Assembly (NCBI GenBank): GCA_951406725.2
Contig: OX597814.1
Span: forward strand, 185,318,001 to 185,382,000
Length of the DNA: 64,000 nucleotides
Direction: 5' to 3'
From: Octopus vulgaris
Taxonomy: Eukaryota
The notes under the pieces are model-generated. The model ran no database searches. It was not told the DNA's origin and saw only the letters and a list, made by a program, of their open reading frames with translations. Shown piece by piece: positions 56,649 to 64,000 of this stretch. Each line of letters opens with the position of its first letter. Position 1 is the stretch's first letter. The position numbers and the translations under genes were made by a program.

Positions 56649-56729
56649 ATACACATATATATTTTTTTTTTCGTAATGAGATAAAAAAAAACCAAGGCTG
56701 TGTAGATTTTAGAACATTTATAGATAGAA

Positions 56730-56779
56730 GGTCTTACAGCTGTTTCCAGGATACTTATTATATCCCCTCATCGGAAACG
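56730..56779 (-). ncRNA. Type I hammerhead motif with one core substitution
   Basis: Minus strand GTTT-CCGATGA-GG-GGATAT aataa GTATCC-TG-GAAA-CAGCTG-TA-AGAC, with palindromic stem III. Confidence 0.75.
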
Positions 56780-57670
56780 GTGATAGAAATACTTAATTTA
56801 GATAAGATATAAAATAGAGAGTGAGGTGGAGGAAATAAAAGAAAATAGTCCTGAGATATGTAGGGATATTGCATTTGTAGATTCCTTTTTATATATTTAT
56901 ACTCAACAATTCCTTTCTGTCGAAGAGCTTAGGCTCAAAATGTGAAAGACTTTCTCACTTTCCGAGCGTTAAACTAATACATCTGTTTGTTGTTTACACA
57001 GCCGTCTTCGTCTTTTGCAATATAATTCTTTAAGGCGGTGCTCCGGCATGGCCACAGTCAAATGAACGAAACAAGTAAAAGATAAAAAATAGAAGAAGCG
57101 CAGGAGTGGCTGAGTGGTAAGTAGCTTGTTTTGCTTACCAATCACATGTGTGTGTGTGTTTCTGTGTTTGTCTCCCCAACATCGCTTGACAACCGATGCT
57201 GGTGTGTTTACGTCCCCATCACCTAGCGGTTCGGTAAAAGAGACCGATAGAACAAGTACTAAGCTTACAAAGAATAAGTCCTTGGATCGATTTGCTCGAC
57301 TAAAAGGCGGTGCTCCAGCATGGCCGCAGTCAAATGACTGAAACAAATAAAAGGATATAAGCATTGCACCAGGTTTTGAATATCTAAGTTCTAAAAACAA
57401 CAGCATCACCACTACTCTAAAAACCCAGAACAACCTTGGGAACTAACACCATTAACACCAATCAGCAGAAAACATAACTAATGTTTCGCCATGGTCCCAC
57501 GCGATTTTGTTATATAAACCTTCACATTTTCTAGTAACACCACCCCTAAGTGGGCGTTACATTCCAGGTTAACAACTACTGCTATAAACCATAATCCTAC
57601 GCACCAGTTTCAATTTTAATTCACCCTCTCCACTATTAACTTGTTCTCTTCTCTTTTCCTCTTTCCTTAC

Positions 57671-57683
57671 CTGACAGGACGAG
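57671..57683 (-). CDS. 13-nt microexon (phase 2 to 0: xSSCQ)
   Basis: catttatattttgcag|CTCGTCCTGTCAG|gtaagg. Consensus acceptor and donor; joins in frame to the exon at 56047. Confidence 0.7.
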
Positions 57684-58694
57684 CTGCAAAATATAAATGC
57701 TGGTAACAGGGTATGAATTTACGACTCTTCCTATTTGGTTTCTTAATCCTTTCATAATCCTTTCCTTAATCCTTTGGTAAAGCTCAGGTGTCCATTGTTT
57801 GAACCGGTTGTTTATCTTTGGCCTTATTATTTTCGGTGGTGTTGGTCGTGGTGGTTGTTGCTGTTGTTTGTTTGTTTGTTGTTGTTGTTGTTGTTGTTAG
57901 CGTTTAGCTCGCTGGTTAGCCCTGATCGAGCAGACCTATTATCAAAGGTTTTCCAGTCGTGACTATCTTGTCGATTTCTGTATCCGGCACATAGCCACTC
58001 CTACGCCTGCGCTTATAGATTGTAGAAAATATTTTTTCATTAAGCCACGCTATATAGGATCGAACCTGAAACTCCTTAGGTATGTAGTCCTGCCAGTGCT
58101 CACAAATTAGCGAACAATTCTGGTGTGAAATTGCTAAAAGAGGCCATAACCATTTTACTTATGAATCCATATTGTGAGAAACAAGTAGACGAAGTGGCCT
58201 AGCAGAACAGAAGGCGTTTGCCTCAGTAAAGGTGTGCTCAAAGCAAAGGTGGAAAAGACTCAACGTACATAGGCGTAGAAGTGGCTGTGTGGTAAGTAGC
58301 TTGCTTACGAACCACTTGGTTCCGGGTTCATTCCCATGACGTGGCACCTTGGGCAAGTGTCTTCTACTATAATCTCGGGCCGACCAAAGCCCTGTAAGTG
58401 GATTTGGTAGACGGAAACTGAAAGAAGCCCGTAAATATATATGTGCGTGTGCGCGCGTGTGTGTGCGTGCGCGCACGTGTGTACATGTGTATGTTTGTGT
58501 CTGTGTTTGTCCCCCCAACATCGCTTCACAACTGGTGTGTTTACGTCCCCGTAACTTATCGGTTCTGCAAAAGTGACCGATGGAATAAGTACTAGGTTTT
58601 ACAAAGAATAAGTCCTGGGGCTGATTTGCTCGACCAAAGGCGGTGCTCCAGCATGGCCACAGTCAAATGACTGAAACAAGTAAAAGAGTAAAAG

Positions 58695-58729
<35 letters not shown>

Positions 58730-58730
<1 letters not shown>

Positions 58731-58998
58731 CAGTTTTATTTTTATAGCGTGCTTTCACTTCACTACCGAGCACAGCTCTGTGTGCCTTGGGTATGTGCTG
58801 TGATTTGTTGTGATGCTCTGATGGTTATTGTATGGAAAGTGTTCTGCGTAGGATGTGTGCAGTGCCTAGTAGTGCAATTTTCTGTATGTTATATGTGTTT
58901 GTAAGTCCTGGTGTTTTTGTTATGTATTCGTCTGAATATTTTTTTATCATGCCTAATGCACCTACTATGATAGGAATTGTTTCTGTTTTTAGATTCAA
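58730..58998 (-). mobile_element. 5'-truncated R4/Dong-like LINE 3' end inserted in (TAA)n
   Basis: NLKTETIPIIVGALGMIKK..IQKIALLGTAHILRRTLSIQ* plus short 3' UTR, flanked on both sides by (ATT)n. Confidence 0.88.
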
Positions 58999-59009
58999 CA
59001 TTATTATTA

Positions 59010-59055
<46 letters not shown>

Positions 59056-59056
<1 letters not shown>

Positions 59057-59338
59057 AAAAGGATTGAGGTAACTCCTCCTGAAGATATAGAGTCAAAATT
59101 AAAAGAAGAGTGCCATTGTTATCTAGTGAACGATATTTCGACATCTTGTATGTCTTTAACTGGTTCAAAAAATAATTTTGTCAATCTTTTAATTTTGACT
59201 CTATGTCTTCAGGTGGAGTTACCTGAATCCTTTCTATATTAACCAAAATGAAGTAGATTGACAAAATTATTTTTAGAACCAGTTGAAAATACACAAGTTG
59301 TCGAAATATTGTTCACAAGACAACAATGGCACTCTTTT
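59056..59338. repeat. Interlocked inverted repeats (A-B-A'-spacer-B')
   Basis: A = GGTAACTCCTCCTGAAGATATAGAGTCAAAATTAAAAGA (59068-59106), inverted at ~59185-59223. B = GAGTGCCATTG...TTTGTCAATCT (59108-59187), inverted at ~59255-59334. Confidence 0.88.
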
Positions 59339-59344
59339 ATTTTG

Positions 59345-59423
<79 letters not shown>

Positions 59424-59448
59424 TATTATTATTATTATTATTATTATT

Positions 59449-59507
<59 letters not shown>

Positions 59508-59508
59508 T

Positions 59509-59621
<113 letters not shown>

Positions 59622-59896
59622 CATTATTATTATTATTATCATTATTATTATTATTATTATTATCATTATTATTATAATTTTTTTATTATTATTATTATTA
59701 TTGTTATTGTTATTTACCCCATTAATGACCCCCTTTTTCTGATGTTCATCGCAGATTAAAGGGATTTTATAAGAAGAATTAAATGAAAGGCGTAAAAGCA
59801 TCCCACAACAACTAGAAACGGCAAGTGAGGCAAGGGGGGAGGTTTAAAGGAGTTCACATGGCTGCACACTTCTTTCCTCCTTTCTTTCTTTCTCAC

Positions 59897-59984
59897 CACG
59901 TCATCAAAGGGGAGAGGTGACGCTGGTGGTAGCGGGGTTGGAGTGGGGGCGGAGAGGAGCTTCCACTGACGCATTAGCGGGCCC
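59897..59984 (-). CDS. 88-nt cassette exon (phase 2 to 0: [29 protein letters not shown])
   Basis: gtttgcctacacttgcccgactag|G...GAC GTG|gtgaga. Proline-rich open frame joining exon 56047 in frame. Confidence 0.65.
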
Positions 59985-60183
59985 CTAGTCGGGCAAGTGT
60001 AGGCAAACAAACAGACATGAATGTAAAGCAAAGGGACGATACTGGAGATACTGGTGGCGTGGGGGTGAGGGGTGGCGCGGACGTGATGGGGATAGGGCGG
60101 GGGTCAGCGACGGTGGCGCTGATGGTGGCGGCTGTGGTGACGCTAATGCTGATTAATATGGTATGTGCATGCATATATGCATG

Positions 60184-60214
<31 letters not shown>

Positions 60215-60451
60215 ATAGACATATATGTATATATATATATGTATATATATACATACATAAAGATACATATAGATATATACATAAAGATATGTAGGTATAT
60301 ATATATATATATGCACATATGTATATGTATATATGTATATATATATATTTATATATATACATATATATACATATGTATGCATATATATATATATATATGG
60401 ATATGGATATATATATATGTATATGCATATATATACATACATGTATATATG

Positions 60452-60482
<31 letters not shown>

Positions 60483-60644
60483 ACATATATATATATACAT
60501 ATGTATGCATATATATATATATATGGATATATATATGTATATGCATATATATACATACATGTATATATGTATATGTATATATCATACATATACATAAATA
60601 TACATACATACACGCATTTATGTATATTTATAAGTAGATATGAT

Positions 60645-60708
<64 letters not shown>

Positions 60709-60732
60709 CAGAGAGATAGAGAGGGAGATCAC

Positions 60733-60802
60733 CGTAGGAAACAACACTTGTTTAGTCAGAGAACAAACGACTGAACGGCAAGTTATAAGCAACAAAGCAT
60801 TC
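60733..60802 (-). CDS. Possible 70-nt cassette exon (phase 2 to 0: NALLLITCRSVVCSLTKQVLFPT)
   Basis: tctcttgtgatgttcag|G...ACG|gtgatc. Same phases as the 88- and 13-nt exons; donor is weaker. Confidence 0.35.
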
Positions 60803-61750
60803 CTGAACATCACAAGAGATATGACTTTTCATTGGTCATTAAGCTGATATGCTGGGAATGTCGTAATTGAACAATATTGCAGAGAAATTTTCCCGGATCT
60901 TCCTCACTTGTTAGGCCCGAGTTTCTACGTATATTTTTTTTTAGTTTGCTTGCTTTTCATTTTTTTTGTATCGTTATTGTTTTTGTTCTTGTTTTAGTTT
61001 TTCTTGTTGTTGTTGTTGTTGTTGTTGTAGCTCCTGGTGGTGGTTTCAAATGCTGTTGTCGTTGCTGTTGTTATCTTCGTATCTTTGTTTATTTCTGTTG
61101 CACTACTTTTCTTTCTTGACGATCGGGATGACGACGATGATGATGATGATGATAATAATAATGGCGATGATGATGATGATGATGATGATGATGACGACGA
61201 TGATGATGACGACGACAACGATGATCACACTGACGATAGCGAGGATACGACGACAATGATGATGATGATGACAATAATGAACAATGGTGTTAATAGAAGC
61301 TATTATGGTGGTGATCAAGATGTTTATTATTTCTTTATTGCCCACAAGGGGTTAAGCATAGAGAGGATAAACAAGGACAGAGAAAGGAATTGAGTCGATT
61401 ATATAGACCCCAGTGCGTAACTGGTACTTAATTTATCGACACCGGAAGGATGAAAGGCAAAGTCAACCTCGACGGAACTTGAACTCAGGACGCAACGGCA
61501 GACGAAATACCTATTTCTTTACAACCCATAAGGGGCTAAACACAGAGGGGACAAACAAGGACAGACAAACGGATTAAGTCGATTATATCGACCCCAGTGC
61601 GGAACTGGTACTTATTTAATCGACCCCGAAAGGATGAAAGGCAAAGTCGACCTCGGCGGAATTTGAACTCAGAACGCAGCGGCAGACAAAATATCGCAAA
61701 GCATTTCGCCCGACGTGCTAACGTTTCTGCCAGCTCGATGTTTATGTTAC

Positions 61751-61775
61751 CATGCAGTGCCACGGGATGTCATAT
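61751..61775 (-). CDS. 25-nt microexon (either xMTSRGTA, phase 1 to 2, or xYDIPWHCM, phase 2 to 0)
   Basis: ttgttgtccgtttttgcag|ATATGACATCCCGTGGCACTGCATG|gtaaca. Strong splice sites. Confidence 0.7.
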
Positions 61776-62190
61776 CTGCAAAAACGGACAACAATATGCA
61801 ACACTGAAGCAAATTCTTCAAATTGTACCCTTTCTATGTTTATATGTATGTATATATGTATGTGAGTAAGTTCTCTTCTCTTTTACTTATTTGATTTCTT
61901 ACTCTGTGAAAGGGACTAGTTCCCAACAAAAGTTAAAAGTTCCTTCGTTGAATATAGATAACAAAGCAGATTCACATTTTGAACTTGAGATAAGCCTTAC
62001 ATATTTTTATTGTTCCACTTATAGGTTACATTTATAACATTAACTGGTTGATTTCTTTTTCTGGAAACACTATATCATTCAGATTGTCACTTCGTCATTT
62101 ATTCGCAAAAACCAAGTGCACCAGTTATCACATCTATAAATGTGAATTATTATCTAGCTTTAAAATATAGAAGTTTCGAAGGAGTTGTCC

Positions 62191-62242
<52 letters not shown>

Positions 62243-62699
62243 TTTTTGGAATGATATTCGCATCAACAGGATATATGACTTATATAATGGTACATACTTC
62301 TTGTCTGTCCCAAACAACAATATCCTGTCTCTTACGTTTACACTAGACAGAAGTTTTGATAGGTATACCCGTGGAGGCACATGGCCTAGTGGTTAGAGAA
62401 GCGGACTCGCGGTCGAGGGATCGCGGGTTCGAATCTCATACCGGGCGATGTATGTGTTTATGAGCGAAACACCTAAGCTCCACGCGGCTCCGGCAGAAGG
62501 TTATGGCGAACTTCTGCTGACTCTTTTGTCATAACTTTCTCTCACTCTTTCCTTCTGCATCATGCAGCTCACCTGCAACGGACCGGCGTCCCGTCCAGGT
62601 GGGGAACCTATACGCCAAGGAAACCGAGAAACCGGCCCTTATGAGCCAAGCATGACTCGAGAAGGAACATAGGTATGCCCACCAAAATTCCTTCTGTTG

Positions 62700-63530
62700 A
62701 TGTTTAAGCATTTATTCAATAGCGAAAGATTCTCTAAATTTATTGCAGAAAAGTCTTTTTTCCGAGTGACTTTGTATACAACTTTAGTGACAACGTCGCG
62801 GTGCAAAGGGCTGTAGTACCTTGATGATATTTGGAGAGGACTAATAATATGTGACGTTTTCCGCAGAAATATGACATAATCTATATTTCCTGTTGCATCT
62901 TCGGCTTCCAAGGACTTCTTTGTCTCTTTTGTTCACAAGGTATTAAATAGCAATCCCCGCTTCTTGGATATCAAATGAGTAACCTTCGAAGTGTGATGGG
63001 ATGTAACGGTCACGAGCCCATGAGAAACGTCAATGTTACCATCTTCGTATTGATACCACTGTCTTCTTGAAGTCTTCACAAAGCATACCCGTGCATAGCC
63101 TTTTTTTGGTATGCTAAACGTTTCACATCCAGGCCTTCTTTGAGGCGTGTCACTCCGGCTGTTTTGTTTCCTGAAGAGCTCACCACCGATACGCAAGATA
63201 TTGTTCTTTTCGCTGCTGTTGTTTAGCAGGGACTGACAGACACTATACGACATTTGAAGGCCATCTGCATTGATCACAATCTTCTATTTCTTTCATTCCT
63301 TCTTAGGTGTACTCTGTCAATATCACTGTTTCTATAGACGTTTCCAGTTGATGTCAGCATTTTGCGGGTTTTAATGTCTATGAAGTGGATTTCTTCTATA
63401 AACCAGTCAAATATGCCAAATATTGGAATCAGCACTGGTACTGCAAATGCATTGAGGGTTCCGGTTGCCATATTTTTCTAAGCATCTTCGTATATGTTTT
63501 CATAAATTCGTAAGTATTTGTAGCATTCTT
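62700..63530 (-). pseudogene. Decayed R4/Dong-like non-LTR retrotransposon ORF fragment
   Basis: NAFAVPVLIPIFGIFDW..EIHFIDIKTRKMLT..NSDIDRVHLRRNE (post-RT region) and SRYYSPLHRDVVTKVVY (RHD-like motif), with frameshifts. Confidence 0.8.
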
Positions 63531-63784
63531 TGTGAGGAAGAGACGAGATAGTGTGGCCGTTGATTCATAAGCTCTGTGTTTGTGGTGGGAACGATTTTGT
63601 ATGCATGTATGCAGTGCATGAATAAATGCGTGTATGTGTGCGTGTATGTATGCATGTATGCATGTATTTATATATATATATGTGAACATGTGTATGTCTG
63701 TGTGACACAAGGAGAATATGAAGGTGGCAAGCAAAAAAGGCCCAGAGGTGAGGTGGGATGATGGAGGAAGTAGCAATAGTGTTG

Positions 63785-63881
63785 CTATCTTGAGCATCTG
63801 CAATTCCTCCAGTGGCGGTAACAGCTGTGTATTAGTGCCGTTGTGGCTGGGATACAAAAGGGCGGTAGGGGGTGCTGGAGG
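63785..63881 (-). CDS. Candidate upstream alternative terminal exon (frame uncertain)
   Basis: Acceptor gttaatactttgttccag|CC in a unique GC-rich island, with no donor seen. Phase 2 gives LQHPLPPFCIP..RCSR*; phase 1 gives SSTPYRPFVSQPQRH*. Confidence 0.4.
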
Positions 63882-64000
63882 CTGGAACAAAGTATTAACG
63901 GAGATTATCTTATAATAATTTAACAAGAGACATTCCTCACTAACTCTCTCTCCTTCTCTCCTCTCTCTCCCTCTCTCCTTGTTTCTCCTTTCTTTAATCT

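Overview
A repeat-saturated, AT-rich animal genomic window with no prokaryotic features. The microsatellite density, tRNA-derived SINE families and Penelope/Dong/mariner debris suggest a cephalopod (Octopus-like) genome; this is an inference. Almost all ORF-track entries are microsatellite artefacts. Two things stand out. (1) Small unique islands on the minus strand carry canonical splice signals and phase-compatible reading frames. They suggest the 3' end of a large, unidentified gene: 25-, 70-, 88- and 13-nt cassette exons (all 3n+1, probably partly mutually exclusive), a 142-nt coding exon (EIEKKKKRYEAEEEAALKKQ...), then a long array of candidate phase-1 alternative last exons and in-frame 21/24-nt microexons spread over about 40 kb. 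(2) About a dozen type I hammerhead-ribozyme motifs, several with intact cores, sit in short non-coding elements bounded by direct repeats or fold-back hairpins next to (TA)n tracts. A Penelope-like GIY-YIG endonuclease relic is also present, consistent with Penelope pLTR/retrozyme-like elements. Other content: mariner pseudogene plus MITE, R4/Dong-like LINE remnants in (TAA)n, a Helentron-like element, a pogo-like MITE and a ~560-bp local duplication. All calls are by eye; no searches or folding programs were run.
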